Assembly (NCBI RefSeq): GCF_009914755.1
Contig: NC_060938.1
Direction: 5' to 3' (one strand)
Source of the DNA: the human T2T-CHM13v2.0 reference genome, Homo sapiens
Length of the DNA: 64,000 nt
Under the pieces are notes generated by a model that saw only the letters and a list, made by a program, of their open reading frames with translations, searched no databases and was not told the origin of the DNA. Within the stretch, counting starts at the first letter, position 1, and each line of letters starts with the position of its first letter. A program made the translations under genes and the position numbers. This document shows, in pieces, positions 13,906 through 28,492 of this stretch.

Positions 13906-14290
13906 GGAATTATTATGTTTGAACCAAAACTGTATATCCCCCTCCGCATCATCCCTTTTTTTGGACTAAATGTAGCCATTTTCCTCAACTGTTTTCCCAA
14001 ATGCACATTCTCTCTAAAAATCTTCACTAGGTCAGGCTCTGGTCTGTTAGTGTTCTTATAGAACAGTTTTTTCAGAACAGGACATAATAATTCAGGAAAA
14101 TCTATTACCTCCTTGGATCTAGCCCTAATGCATTCATTAATGTGGCCAGTGAGGGCCAAATCTTGCCTTGTCTAATGCAAAACCTTTGACTCATTCTGAG
14201 AGGAGATCTCTCTTTCCTAAACACTGCTGTTCAGCCACGTCTCTCCTCCAGGATTTTTACAACTGATTTTTTTGAAGCTTAGCACAGATA

Positions 14291-14784
14291 TGTCAAGAAC
14301 TGTGAGGGGTTTGCAATTTTACTTTGCCTTCAAGTTAGTCTTCCAAAATTTCAAAGATGCAGACAGAAGACATGAGACTCCCGGAGTCAAAGGGCATTAT
14401 TACTCACACCGCAGCAAGCAACTTGAGCTTCATGCTCACATCAGTGCTCCCTGCTCTGCAGGTCCCATGGGGCAATGTGGAGCAGCCCGGGTGGGTTCCG
14501 CGCATGCCATGGGTTTGTGTGACAGCTGAGGAACCCAAGCTTAGAAAATCCCACTCTTTTCAGGGAGACTGCTGACAAACCTGCCCAGCCTTTGCCTCAG
14601 AGTGAGAGATATAATTATCCTGGTCAGGAAACAGATGTGCCCTCTGCCCCAGAGGGGACACTGTCTTTTTTCAAGGCTGTTTACTTTACCCACATCTTGA
14701 AAAGATAGTCCAGAACAGAGACTATCAAATCCTCTATTCAAAAGGCACACAGAACAGGATTCTATGGAGAATTGCCTTCCAACT
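14291..14784 (-). mobile_element. ERVL solo LTR (LTR40-like)
   Basis: tgtcaagaactgtgaggggt...cagaagacatgagactcc...ttattactcaca...gaattgccttccaac matches the recalled LTR40 consensus. Confidence 0.7.
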
Positions 14785-14829
14785 ATGCATTTATACGTAT
14801 CCTTCACAAATGCCGCTGCGTACATCTGG

Positions 14830-15010
14830 GCCTGCATCTCAGCTTGGCCACTGCTGAGCTGTATCACCTTGGGCAAACTCCTGAACCTCTCTGATCCTCC
14901 GTTTTCCGCAGCCTGTAAGAGGAGGTATAATTCCTATCTTCCAGAAGTTCTGTAAGGGACTCTCTGAAGTAGTGTTCATGAAGCCTCCTCACCGTGCCTG
15001 GTACAGAATA
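14830..15010 (+). mobile_element. MIR SINE
   Basis: gctgtatcaccttgggcaaactcctgaacctctctgatcctccgttttcc...gtgcctggtacag. Confidence 0.7.
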
Positions 15011-15724
15011 GACCATGGAGAGGAGGCAGCAGGGCCAAGATCACTGTGATTTAGAGCCCATCCTTCTGACCACTTAAATCTCTTTCCTTCACTATCCCTC
15101 CCCGACTTAGTCCTCTGGCTCCTGTTTCTTCCCTGCCAAGTGGGGCAGAATCACCTGGGTAGCTGGTGTTGCAAGGCTTGGAGCAGAGATCTCAGAGCCC
15201 GGGTCGCACCTAGGCTCTGGGGCTGGGTGGTACTTTCTAAGCTTAGCCTCAGTGTCCTTTGTTACAAGGGACCCACCCCCTGGGATTTAAGAAATAATTA
15301 AAGGAGATAAAAAACATGAAATGTTTGGCATGTTCCTGCAAGGGACAGGTGCTCAGTAAAGACTTTATGATGCAATTTGGATAGCTTGAGCCTCTCAGAA
15401 TGCGGTGTAGGCCATTCTAGCTGCTCCCCAGAGGGAACTTATTAGAAAAAGCAAGACAATTTGCAAGCCTCTTGCAGCTCACTCAGCATGCTGGTGGCAT
15501 GCAGCAGCAATTGGCTGTACATTCAGCATTCACGTGACATGGCCCTCTGTGAGCTTCTGGCTTGGGGAATACAGAACTGCCCAGGGCGCCCTGCAAGGGG
15601 GTCAGGGTGGTCAGCTGGGCCTTTTTGGCCTTGACAATACTGCTCTCACATTGTGCGACCTTAGGGAGAGGAGAGTGGTGAGGAACCTCCTCCTTCTCGC
15701 TGGGCTCCACTGAGGAACTCAGCA

Positions 15725-15915
15725 CTGCATAGTGGTCAAGGGTTTCAGAGGAAATCAGACTGACTTAGGTTTGAATCCCGAGTTTGAAACCAGCTGGGTG
15801 ACTCGAGCACATCACCCATCTTCCTGAGCTCAGTTTCCTCTACTGTAAAGTGGGGATAATGACCTCTCCTGGCTCGTGGAGGTGTAAGGATTAGGTAAGG
15901 CCATGTGTGTGCAGA
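15725..15915 (+). mobile_element. MIR SINE
   Basis: ggtttgaatccc...gagctcagtttcctctactgtaaagtggggataat. Confidence 0.7.
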
Positions 15916-16342
15916 GGCTGGCCAGGAAATGGTGCCTATGATGACGTTGCACTATTTTCTGTTTTTTTTGGTCTGCAAAATGCAGGTTGAGTGGGTAGAC
16001 CCTAAGATCTCTTATTTCATGGGGAGATGGAAAAACTCCTGGAGCTGCAGTCAGAAAACCCCGGTCCAAATTCTTTATAGCCTCACACAATTTATCTGCA
16101 CCTCACCTGTAGATGGTGCCAGCTCCCCACGCCTCCTTCTGTGATGTATGGCAAAAACACTGGTCACCATACCTGACAGAGGACTTTGGTAGGTGCTCAA
16201 GGTCCCTCTCAAGCCCCAGGGTTGTCAATGACCAGGGCCGCTGGCCTCAAAGTATGCTCCATCTAATCAGGGCTATAGCCAGTATGAAGGTAACTCAAGC
16301 ATCAGACACTTAATGGGGCTCACAGGCACACCTACAGGGTTT

Positions 16343-16750
16343 TGCTGTGGTTTGAATGTTTGTCTCCTGCAAAACTCATGTTGAAACTTAATCCCCAATG
16401 CAATGGTATTATCCCAGTCAGGAAACAAATGGGCTTTTAGGAAGTGATTAGACCGTGAGGGCTTAACCCCCTCATGAATGGATTAATGCCATCTAAAAGG
16501 CCTTGAGGCGGTGAATGCACTCCTTCTGTCCCTTCCACTTTGTGAGGACACAGCCTTCCTCACTCCAGAGGGTGCAGCAGCAAGGCACAAAAGCAGAGAG
16601 CAGAGAAGCCTTCAGCAGACACCAGAGCTGCCTGCACCTTGATCTTGGACTTCCTAACCTCCAGAACTAGGAGAAATAAAATTCTATTGTGTATAAATTG
16701 CCTAGTCTGTGGGATTTTGTTATAGCAGCACAAACAAGCTAAACGAAGAC
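16343..16750 (+). mobile_element. ERVL-MaLR solo LTR (MST-like)
   Basis: tgctgtggtttgaatgtttgtc...aaactcatgttgaaacttaatcccc...ttgatcttggacttcc...aataaa...gttatagcagcacaaac. Confidence 0.85.
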
Positions 16751-18251
16751 CGGTTCCAATGGCTGGAGCTGCCTGTCACTCTGTTCTGATGCTGAGGATT
16801 AGACCTCAGGGCATCTACTGGAATGGTTCAGGCTGAAGGAGCTCATTGAACCCCAGTGGCACACAGGGTGAACCGGCCCAGCAGCAGACTCCTTTTTGCC
16901 AAACAATGCAGGAGTGATGTCTTCTGCAAAAGTGGAATCTGTTTGGCCTCCTGCTGATGAATGATGTCTATTGGTCCTTGGAAGTAGAGTCCATTTTTTA
17001 TACTTTTGGTCAGGAAAATCACGTGGTGCTAGTAGACATCCTGGGAGAGAATCCTGCAGGCCTCCTGCATTGTACCTGGAAGGAAGCTCAACTCCACCCC
17101 TGGATCCTTTGTGGAGAACCATGTGGAGGCACTGAAATTCCTTCACGTCTCTTGGTTCCTGTCGCGGAGGTTGGAGAAGTTAACCTTAGGTGCCATTGGT
17201 CCCTTGAGTCACCATAACCATAACTGACCATACTGACCATGCTAACGCCTGCCTTGCTGTGTGCTGGGCTCTCCGTTGAACGTGTTACACAGAGCAGCAC
17301 AGCTAAGCCTCACCACCATGCTCTGAAGTCGAGATTACAATTAAGCCCAATTTTCAGGTGAAGCAACTGAGGCTCAGATTTGAACCAGCCACCTGGCTCC
17401 CACGTGCTGTGTCTCATGGCTCACTTCCTCAGCTCAGGGTCTCCACTCTCCTCCCTGCCCGCACTTCGTGAGGCACATCCTCCTCACTCGGTCACTGTAC
17501 ACCTCTGTCTGTGTCCAACTTACTCACAAACACAACTTGTGGCTCCTGGAAGTAACTGCCTTCTGTGACCTGATGCTATTTTATTCCATTGGAATAAAGA
17601 TCCTTAATGATGCCATTTCTACCTCCCCTCTTCCCTAACTCCCACCTCAACTCACCTCCCCCTTCTTTTAAGAATCTTGTGAACATTGGCTTATTTATAC
17701 TTATGCACCATCTCAGGCCTCCCGGGGAAGGTTTTAATCATCTACCTTCTTGCTGGAGACATCTTGAAAGACTCCAATCCTTCACCCATGCTGAGAACAT
17801 CTCAAGCAAAGCAAGAGGCATGAGAACAGTTTTTAATTGAAGTTAACATTGTGGCTTTTCCCACACAGCCAGACACTCAGGCATGTTGGGAAGATTAAAA
17901 GTGATGTTGGAAAATGCATCCACGAGTCTGTGCCCTCAAGCAGAAAGCAGCAGCCACCTGGGCTCATGGATCAGACAGGATGCATCTCAAACAGAGAATG
18001 GGAAGGATCCATAGATTTCCCTGCCTGGCCCAGCTCTCCCAGGTGCCTCCTACAGCATTGCAGCAGTAGGGCTGCCACTGGCAGGGCTGGGAACAGCTCG
18101 GGGGCTATCTCCTGTGCAGGGTAGCCACAGGTTGCCCAAGGGGCTTTGATTCCCCAGTCTTGGCTCTGCCAGAGCCTGGTTGCATATCCCGAGAAAGTCA
18201 TGACTGAGCCTGTTTGCATATTTGAAGAGGGGCTCAAGATTACCTTCCCCA

Positions 18252-18592
<341 letters not shown>

Positions 18593-18659
18593 TTATTTTG
18601 AACACTGGATGTGGTAATTTGTGCAAACAGCTTTGCAAATATAACAGATAGTAATGACA

Positions 18660-18810
18660 CAGCTTGACATGTATTGAGCACTCATGAAGGGCCAGGCACT
18701 GCTCTCAGCACTTCTCATCATTCCCATTCTACAGATGAGGAAACTGAAGCCCCAGGGTTATGTCACCAAGCCACACAGGGAGCAGGTGGCAGAGGGGGAT
18801 TTGCAGGTCA
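18660..18810 (-). mobile_element. MIR SINE
   Basis: cccattctacagatgaggaaactgaagcccag. Confidence 0.7.
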
Positions 18811-20914
18811 TGTTTGGGCATCCTTGCTGTCAGCCACTGTGCTGTGCTCACTTGTCACATGGCAGCATAGCTCATAGGATATTCTTTAACCTGGCAGTAG
18901 TGTCTGCTGAGGGGGCCCTAGCTGGGTTGGGTATTTCTTGACCCAGTAACATCCATCCAAACTCCCATGCCACTGCTTCAGCCCTTGGTCCCGCCTTTCC
19001 TCCTCCCTGGACGACTGCAGGTGCTTCTCACCTGGGGGGTGTCTCCAGTTGCTTCCTGATCTGTTTCCTTTCTTCACTCTTGCCAGAGGGAGCTTTCTCC
19101 TGCTGAGGGTCTTCTGTGGCTTCCTCCATCCATGGGATACAGTGCCAGGTCCTTGGGCCAACTGTTGTTCCCATGAGCAGACCCCATCTCTAGGCCTGGG
19201 CCCGAAATGCATCTTGTTGGTGCCCACACCAGTCAGGCTGAGACACATGCAGCTCCCCATAGTGGTGCCCCAAATTTTCAGTGCCTTGTCCCTGGGATGC
19301 CCCCCTCCCCTCCTTCAGTGCTGGATTCAGAATCCCCTTCCCACAAAGCCAGGTGCCTGGATCCCACATGCTAAGACACTGTCCTTTCTTCTGAGTGGCC
19401 AGTGCTCTTTTGTAGCATTCCTGAGGACTTCTCCCTCCCTATCGGCTAGATTGTCATTTGTGGAGCTGATCGGCTGGTTCTTGTGTGGCTCCCCAGCACA
19501 GGACACAGGGCTGGTATGAAGTTGATTCTGCACAGAAAATGAAGGAGGTGGGATTGGTGTCACAGGCCCAGGTCTCTGCTGGCCCCCACACTGGCTGTGT
19601 GATCTTTGCAAAGGTGACCCCCTACAGCTACCATCTCTGCAACAGTAAAAATGGAATGACAGCTGTTCTATTGGCACGGTGACCACTGACCAGCCAAGTG
19701 AGCTGCGACGTGCTTTATGATGTGTAGAGTTCCAGCGCCGTGCATGTTCATTGCTTGAGTGGCTAAACAGAATATTGAGTTTATTCAGCAGATTTTTTAT
19801 CCTCTGCACCCTCATTCTCGTGCTACCATCTGGGGACTCAGGGCTCAGCTCCCTGACAGAGTAGTGTCCTTCCCCACTCTGTCTTTCTCCTTTGCCTCAC
19901 CCATTCACTTGATTTCCTCCTCAGCCACCCCCAATTCCCATGCTGCATGCCTGAAAGAGGCAGGAACTTCACCTCTATGCTTTGGCCAGAGGCCTCTTCT
20001 CTCCCACCCGTGCCCAGTGCCAGGGACTCAGCCCAGCATCAGCAAATCCAGCAAACACATCTGTCTAAAGAGGAATAAATCCCACATCTCCCGTGCCAAA
20101 CATCCAAGGAGCTGAGATGGGAAGGGTCTGGGTAAAGGGTTCCCTGAGCCCTGAGACACATCCCTGCCCATTTCCATAGCCCATTGTGTATTTGCCATAG
20201 ACCTTTGAATAGGAAGGAAAACAGTAAGCTCATAATTCTCAAGTTTGAAAAAGTCCTTCCCAGAACATGCACCATCTTTAAATAGTAAAAACAAAGACAA
20301 TGCCACGACCATCACCTACTACTAATGCTACTAAAACTAAACACAATGGCAGCTTATTAAATTACCATTTCCCTGGTGCTGGGCTCTGTGCCTAAAACCA
20401 TGCACTGGGCCTCATTCTCAGGGCTTTTCTTCTGTCAGCTCAAGAAGTCCTCACAGCACCTCAGGGAGGGAAATATTTTCATTACCCACATTTAGAGATA
20501 AGAACGATAAGGCCCAGAGAGGGTGAGGGATTAGTCCACAGTCACACAGCTCCTTAGTAGCCAAGTCAGACATGGGGTGCAGATGGCCCAGCTCTTTGTT
20601 CCTGCACCTTCTCCCTGTTGGAGTAGCTGGGGTTGGTGTTATCTACTGCCATTGGGCATGTATTCGCACCCCTTATTTTAGTTCATAGGTTCATTTAAGG
20701 AGCTAACTGTGTGTGTGACAAACAGCAAACGTGGCTGCCTGGAGAGCCCACCACCAGAGCTAGAGCTGTGTGTGATGAACGTCTGCAGTGGCAGATATGA
20801 TTCACTGGGGTTCTGATTCTCTGTGGGTTTAACTTATTGTATTTTCTTTTAAGTAGCACTAATTTGCCATCATGTGCCTTTGGGTGGGCAATATTTAAAG
20901 AAATAAACATCTCA

Positions 20915-21211
20915 GGACAGGTGCAGTGGCTCACACCTGTAATCTCAGCACTTTGGGAGGCTGAGGCAGAAGGATGGCTTGAGGCCAGGAGCTGGAGACC
21001 AGACAGGGCGGGTCTCTACAAAAAATAAAAAGTTAGCTGGGTGTGGTGGTGCATGCCTGTAGCTTCAGCTACTTGAGAGGCTGAGGCAGGAGGATTGCTT
21101 GAGCCCAAGAGTTTGAGGCTACAGTGAGCCAAGATCACACAACTGCATTCAGCCTGGGTGGCAGAGTAAGACCCTCTCTCTAAAAATAAATAAATAGATA
21201 AATAAATAAAT
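20915..21211 (+). mobile_element. AluJ-like
   Basis: Sense Alu with a (TAAA)n tail and TSD AAAYAAACATCTCA at 20901-20914 and 21212-21225. Confidence 0.93.
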
Positions 21212-22580
21212 AAACAAACATCTCAACATAATTCCACAGCTTTCTTACAAATGCTCAACAGAACAATTATTCTAATATTTTGTCTTCTATCTCAGTCACC
21301 ACATTCCCCCTTAACGAGGAGTTAGTCAAAGTTTCTGAGGATAAACCCTCTATCCAGCTGGTCCGGTCCTTTGGCTCATGTTGAAGTCAAAAGCCCTTGC
21401 AGGCAGCTTTTCTTGTCTGCTCATGGCTTTTCTCCAGCAAGTCGCTCCATGGATCGAGTCCCTGCCATGTGCATATGTCTTCTCTGAACCTTCCACAGTC
21501 TGCCCACTAGGGTGTTGAACCACAGGTCAGGTAAAGAAAATGGGCTTGGAGTGAAGGACTGGATGTGTGGCTATGCTACCAGAGAGAGAGCCTGACTGCA
21601 CCCTGGCCTGAACCCCTAGTCCTCTTTCACCCTCAACCATGAGATGAGCATCACCAGCTCCAAATGCTCCCCATTAATCAAGAAAGAAAACAAAAAGGAC
21701 CAATGGATCTTCGTGTTTTCCTTTCGTCAATCTACTTTCTCTCTCCCCTGCCTTTTGCAAAAGCTGACATGGAGATTGCAGCCCTCCACATGTGTCTTTA
21801 TGGTAATAATTTGAAACACCAGCACTGCCTGTTTCAATTGGAAAGGAGGCATTTCCTGCCTCTTAGGAAAAAGTCCTCCTGCCCAGCTCCCTGCTCACGG
21901 CTGCTAAGGTTCACATCCTCGCAATTCCACCACTCTGAGCTGCATCCGTGTCAGAACCGCTAGGGAGTGGTCCAGATCCCTTTGCCAAACATTTCAGCAA
22001 CTGGAACCCAGGTTTCTCAACAGAGGATTAAAGCGCTGTCTTCACTCCTGGGCTGCCAGGTACATTCTTCCTTGGCCTTCGGAGTGCCCTTACATACTCT
22101 CAGGATGAATCCAGTCTTGTTTCTGAGATGATTTTCTTTCCAACAAACAGGTTACTTATGGAGCATAATATAGACTTGATTTTGCCCAAACAAGCCACTG
22201 AGCATTTATTGAGTGCCTGCTATGTGCAAAACACTGAGGATCAAAGACACACCACAGACCCTCTCTGCCCAGAGTCACAAAAAGAGTGGATGTCAGTACT
22301 TTTATCACAGAAAAAAATTTTTTCATCTGATGCTTTTAAAGAGTTTGGAAGGTGGATGAGGCAGGGATCGTCATATCTGTTTGATAGCTGGGTAAGCAGA
22401 GGCCAGGGAGCTGTGAAGCAGCCGTTGACTTGCAGCTGGGGCGGGTCTCAGGCCTCCTTGCTCTTGTCCAAGCTGCCATCCCCTCAGGAACAGAGGGTGA
22501 ATAGGATGGAGGTTCCGTATAAGAACTGACCTCTTGAAAAGTACTGTCCACCCAAGGAACAGGACTGTGGTATCCTTTTG

Positions 22581-22880
22581 TTTGTTTGTTTGTTTTTTGA
22601 GACAGAGTCTCGCTCTGTCACCCAGGCTGGAGTGTAGTGGTACAATCTTGGCTCACTGTAACGTCTGTCTCCTGGTTTCAAGTGATTCTCCTGCCTCAGC
22701 CTCCCCAGTAGTTGAGACTACAGGCAAACGCCACCACGTCGGGCTAATTTTTGTATTTTTAGTAGAGACGGGGTTTCACCATGTTGGCCAGGCTGGTCTC
22801 AAACTCCTGACCTCAGGTGATCCACCTGCCTCAGCCTCCCAAAATGCTGGGATTGCAGGGGTGAGCCACCACACCCAGCC
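22581..22880 (-). mobile_element. AluS, full length
   Basis: Antisense Alu with TSD TGTGGYATCCTTTTG at 22566-22580 and 22882-22896. Confidence 0.95.
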
Positions 22881-22918
22881 ATGTGGCATCCTTTTGAGGA
22901 ACAACAAAAGTTACGTCC

Positions 22919-23627
22919 CTACATTGGCTTAGGCAAGGATTTGGTGACCAAGAACCCAAAAGCAAATGCAATAAAAACAAAGATAAATAGCTGGGACCTA
23001 ATTATTCTAAAGAGCTTTTGCACGGCAAAAGGAACAGTCAGCAGAGTAAACAGACAACCCACAGAGTGGGAGAAAATCTTCGCTATCTATACATCTGACA
23101 AAGGACTAATATCCAGAATCTACAACAAAATCAAACAAATCAGTAATAAAAAAAATAAACAATCCCATCAAAAAGTGAGCTAAGGACATGAATAGACAAT
23201 TTTCAAAAGAAGATATGCAAATGGCCAACAAACATATGAAAAAATGCTCAACATCACTAATCATCAGGGAAATGCAAATCAAAACCACAATGCGATACCA
23301 CCTTATTCCTGCAAGAATGGCCATAATCAAAAAACAGTAGATGTTGGCAGGGATGTGGTGAGCAGGAAACACTTCTACACAGCTGGTGGGAATGTAAACT
23401 AGTACAGCCACTATGGAAAACAGTGTGGAGATTCCTTAAAGAAATAAAAGTAGAACTACCATTTGATCCAGCAATCCCAGTACTGTGTATCTACCCAGAG
23501 GAAAAGAAGTCATTATGTGAAAAAGATATTTGCACAGGCATGTTTATAGCAGCACAATCCACAACTGCAAAATCGTGGAACTGACCCAAATGCCCATCAA
23601 TCATCGAGTGGATAAAGAAACTAGGGT

Positions 23628-23682
<55 letters not shown>

Positions 23683-24130
23683 TATATGTATATATATACA
23701 CATATATATACATATATATGTGTATATATATGTGTATATGTATGTATATATATATATGATGGACTACTAGGCAGCCATAAAAAGGAATGAATTAATAGCA
23801 TTTGCAGTGACCTGGATGAGATTGGAGACTCTTATTCTAAGTGAAGTGACTCAGGAATGGAAACCCAAACATCATATGTTCTCACTGGTATGTGGGAGCT
23901 AAGCTGTGGGGATGCAAAGGCACAAGAATGATACAATGGACTTTGAGAACTTGGGGGAAGAGTGGAAGAGGGGGCATAAAAGACTACAAATACGGTGCAG
24001 TGTCTACTGCTCGGGTGATGAGTGCACCAAAATCTCACAAATCACCACTAAAGAACTTACTCATGCAACCACAAACCACCTGTACCCCAATAACTCATGG
24101 AAAAATAAAATTAAAAAAATTAAAAAATAA
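22919..24130 (+). mobile_element. 5'-truncated L1 (L1PB-like): end of ORF2, 3'UTR and A tail
   Basis: The ORF2 remnant (...[38 protein letters not shown]...) is visible in the ORF track. TSD AAAAGTYACGTCC at 22906-22918 and 24131-24143. Confidence 0.93.
23629..23757. repeat. Compound (TA)n(CA)n(TA/TG)n microsatellite inside the L1PB
   Basis: Directly visible. Confidence 0.95.
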
Positions 24131-25999
24131 AAAAGTCACGTCCTCATCTTAATTTGCTCTCCTGGCATTTTGCATTTTCCATGCTGGGATTCCGCTCTGG
24201 CCAGCTCTGTTGAACAGGCTTTGCTGGTTGGCAGGGATTGTGCACACACATGGTGCCACCTCCCTTAGCTTCTCTGGCCCTGTTTTCTTCCTAACCCAGT
24301 GTGCTGTCTTCCTCCCATACATAGGTAGGGGGTTTTGACGTGACTTCCTGGACATCATGTGTAGCGGTCGGGGGAGTTTTCTCTGGCTTCTGACCCAGCT
24401 GGGTGTACTGAAATAACTGTGAGGCTGCAGGGTTCTGAGCCGGATTGTGTTGGCACAGGATGGCCACCTCTGTGCCTTCCTCTTCTGCTCATACAGGTGC
24501 CCCTGGGGAGGAGGGTGCAGTGTGTTCCCCTGAGAGCTACATTGGTTGGAGGAGACTATAGCATTTTAGAACGTCCTCCTGGAGATTCCGATGTGCATCT
24601 CCAGTGGAGAATCTGGCCTTTTGTTGCTGTTGTTTCATGCCATGATTACTACTGAAGACAATTTTGCCATATAGAGGAGAGGATGTTTAAAAATAAACCA
24701 AAAGGATCCACTTAGGGAGGTAAACATCCTGGGCTTGCCGTTGCCCCGGCCGCCGCTTCACTCCAGTATGCGTGTGCTCGCTGATGGAGAATGATGCTCA
24801 GTTTCACTTTTATTCCTTTTGTCCTCTCCTCTTAGCCTTCATCACCCCCCACCACTTTCCCCTTCTCTCTCTCTTCCTCCAAAATAGGGATTACATAGTT
24901 TTTTTCTTGGTACCTCTGGCTTCTAGCCTGACCCCCTCCACCCCCAGCATGTAGTAGGTGCTCAGTAAAAGGTCTGTTCAGCCAATGAACGAGATAACAA
25001 TTGAACAAACACATTCCCCACCCATCCTCCTAAGGCCCTGAGACTTTATTCTGCTCAGTGGCAAGGAATTTAATCTGATTAGGAGGCTGCTGACCCACAC
25101 AGGGGACGCCCATTTGGTTCCAATGACACTGCTGAATCACTTCAAAGATGCTATCGAGTTAATTGGGGTAGAATAAATACTAATTTATGGCAACCTTTGC
25201 CAGCTCTTCCCCAAGGGAAAATTTTTAAACTCCCCATCCTCTTGCTTTGCTTGACTGCTGAGATCCAGTGAAAGTGGCCTGAACTTCCCATAGCTGAGCC
25301 AACAGAGGCACAGCCTCCTCCCCCTTATCCCCACCTCAGGAAGCCACAGCCACGTGGAGGAGCTCCTCAGGTACAGCCAGGGAGGTGGGGCATCTCAAAC
25401 AGGCCTTGGCTGTTTCTTCTTAAGGTTCTTAGCCAGCCTCCTCTGAATGCAAGCTGTGGCTCTGGGGCTTGTCCCAGTCCCCTGAATTCTCACCATGGAC
25501 CATGGGATGCGCGTGGAGGACAAGGTCCCCAGGGCCCTGGACCACACCATCTGAGCCTTTCTGTCCCCGCAGGGCAAGTGCTTCTTCCATTATTGCTAAT
25601 CTAAGATGCTGTGCTCTGATGAGACAGCGTTTTCTCCCCCTGCGTTGTGCTGAGTTACTATGGCAACACTTTCAGAAGCGGTGAATTTGCTTTTTCCTCT
25701 TAATTCTGAAATGCTCTCAGGCTTTCCAAAAATATCCTTATTTCCCTGGGTCCAACTGTGGGTTGAGGCATGTCGGACACACAGAAAATAGAGCCAGCTC
25801 CTCCACCATGTATATATTACATCAAGTAGCTCAGTGCACAGCAATTGTTTGGGTAAACTTTTTTTTTTAATAAAAAATATTTTTAGCATCTGCTCTATGT
25901 CAGTAGATGTGCTAGGCACCGGGATTCAAAGAGAAGTTAGACTCAACCCGTATCCTACAAGTGCTCACAGTCCCTAAGAAAAATAGACAAGTACACAGT

Positions 26000-26130
26000 T
26001 AACTATAATGTAATGTGAGTACACATCTAACTATAAGATAATGTAACATAACATAATATATTGTAATGTAATATAATAGAATGTACTATAATACATGTAA
26101 TGTAGTAAATATAATGTAATGTAATAAATA
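26000..26130. repeat. AT-rich degenerate (TAATG)n low-complexity tract within an L2-like remnant
   Basis: Repeated taatg/taata units. Confidence 0.6.
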
Positions 26131-26738
26131 TTTTGTCAGTTCTAGGAATAAATTAGTGTAAGACCCCAATAGAGAAAGCTGTTAATTCAACCTGGAGTGA
26201 GGAGGGTTAGGAGTTGGTAGATCTAGAGTTTGATTTCTGATCAATTACGTATGGGCTGTGCCAGCTCAGGGAAATGAACATCCCTCTCTGAGCTCCAAAC
26301 CTCTATCTCATGCTGAGCTGTTGTGAAAATGAGGGGACACCATGAAGTTACAGCAGCCAGTCTCAGAGCAGCTGTTACTCAAAAGATACTGCTCTTCCTT
26401 GCCCAGGTGCTGGGGTGCCCAGAAGGGGCTCAGGAGAGGAAGTGAGCATAGATAGAGGGACCTGCAGGCAGCAGCGTGCCAGCACTTCTGTCAAAGGCAG
26501 TCGCGCCAGCAGCAAGGTGGCCGCGTGAGCACACCTGGCACATCAGTTCACAGGGAGATAGGAAAGCCAGTGTGGCCACTGCAGGGGACTGGACCTGAAC
26601 CCATTGCCATCCTTGGGCTCTGGGTGGGACCCCTTTTGAAAGCTTCCACTGAACCAGAAAGATAGCACAGTGGTAAACTGCTTACAAGGGAGGCACTGCA
26701 ACAAACATGAACATTGCTCTAAAAATTAGTGTGCACTC

Positions 26739-27240
<502 letters not shown>

Positions 27241-28053
27241 TCATAGGGTTGCGATAATAAAACCCAATCATGCCTGTAACGTGCTCAGCCCATATCTGGC
27301 ATATAGCGGGCTCTCAATAAATATTAGCTTTCATTTTTATTTCATCCACCTCATTGTAAATTGAAGACTCTCCAGCATGGAAACATTAGTCAAGGAGGGT
27401 GGCAAGTACTGATACCCAGTAGCAAATCTTTCCCTTAACTGCACCCTGCGTGGGCGAACAGCACAGAAAGGCTCGGTAGCTCCCTGTGTGTTGGAAAGCT
27501 TAATGAAAGAGCAGATTATGTTTTTTCAGCAAAACGGCCAGATTTGGAGGCCAGTTCTCTGCAGGATGTCACCTCAACGTGTTGCAGGGCTGGGCAAGTT
27601 AATGAGAAAGCCTTTGGGGTTTGGGGATTGGAGAAGGCCTGGATGCCATTCCCAGGTGTGTGATGTGAGTGATCTTAGGCGGGGTGCTCCGTGCCCGTCC
27701 AGCGGGCACTCACTGCAGATTCGTGGGCGCTGATTCCAGCCTTCAGCCTCCCTGTCTGTAGAAAGAGGCAGACCCCACCCACTGATACCCTCTACAGGGA
27801 GTAGAAAAGGATTTCTCACTTCCAGATGAGACCAAAGCTGGGACTCTTTGGAGCTCTCTATTTCTGCCTCCCTCAGGATGAGCACACGGACCACGTAGGG
27901 AGCAGCAGCCGCTTACTACCCCTGGGAGGAAAGCTTGGCCACATTCATCAGCAAAAGCCGATGCACCTGGCTTCTGTGCAAAGTTCCGCCCATTAGCTCT
28001 TGTCACCTTTAGCATGTGCTGTGCTCCAGGGGCTGTGCTGAGCACCAGAGGAC

Positions 28054-28461
28054 CGTGATGGTTCATTTAAAGTGTCGACTTGGCTGCACCCTGGGATGCC
28101 CAGATTGGGTGTGTCCATGACAGTGTTTCTGGATGAGGTTAGCATTTGAATCTATGGACCCAGTAAAGCAGATGATCCTCTCCAATGTGAGTGGCATCAA
28201 CCAGTCCACTGAGGGAGAAGGAAAAAGGAATTCTCCACTTTTATCTCCTGCCTGCCTGCTTCAGCTGAGACATTGGTCTTCTGCTCTCGGATTGGGTTTT
28301 ACCCCCTCAGCTCCTCTGGTTCTCAGGCCTTTGGACTTAGGACTGAATTATGCCACCAGCTTCCCTGAGTCTCCAGCTTGCCGGTGACAGATGGTGGGGT
28401 TTCTCAGCCTCCATAATTGTGTAAGCCAATTCCTCATAATAAATCTCTTCATATATATATG

Positions 28462-28492
<31 letters not shown>

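Noticed and set aside
22881-23411. ORFs resembling the L1 ORF2 C-terminus
   Set aside because: Decayed, 5'-truncated L1 remnants with stops and frameshifts; not functional genes. The same applies at 32558-33353 and 36050-36274.
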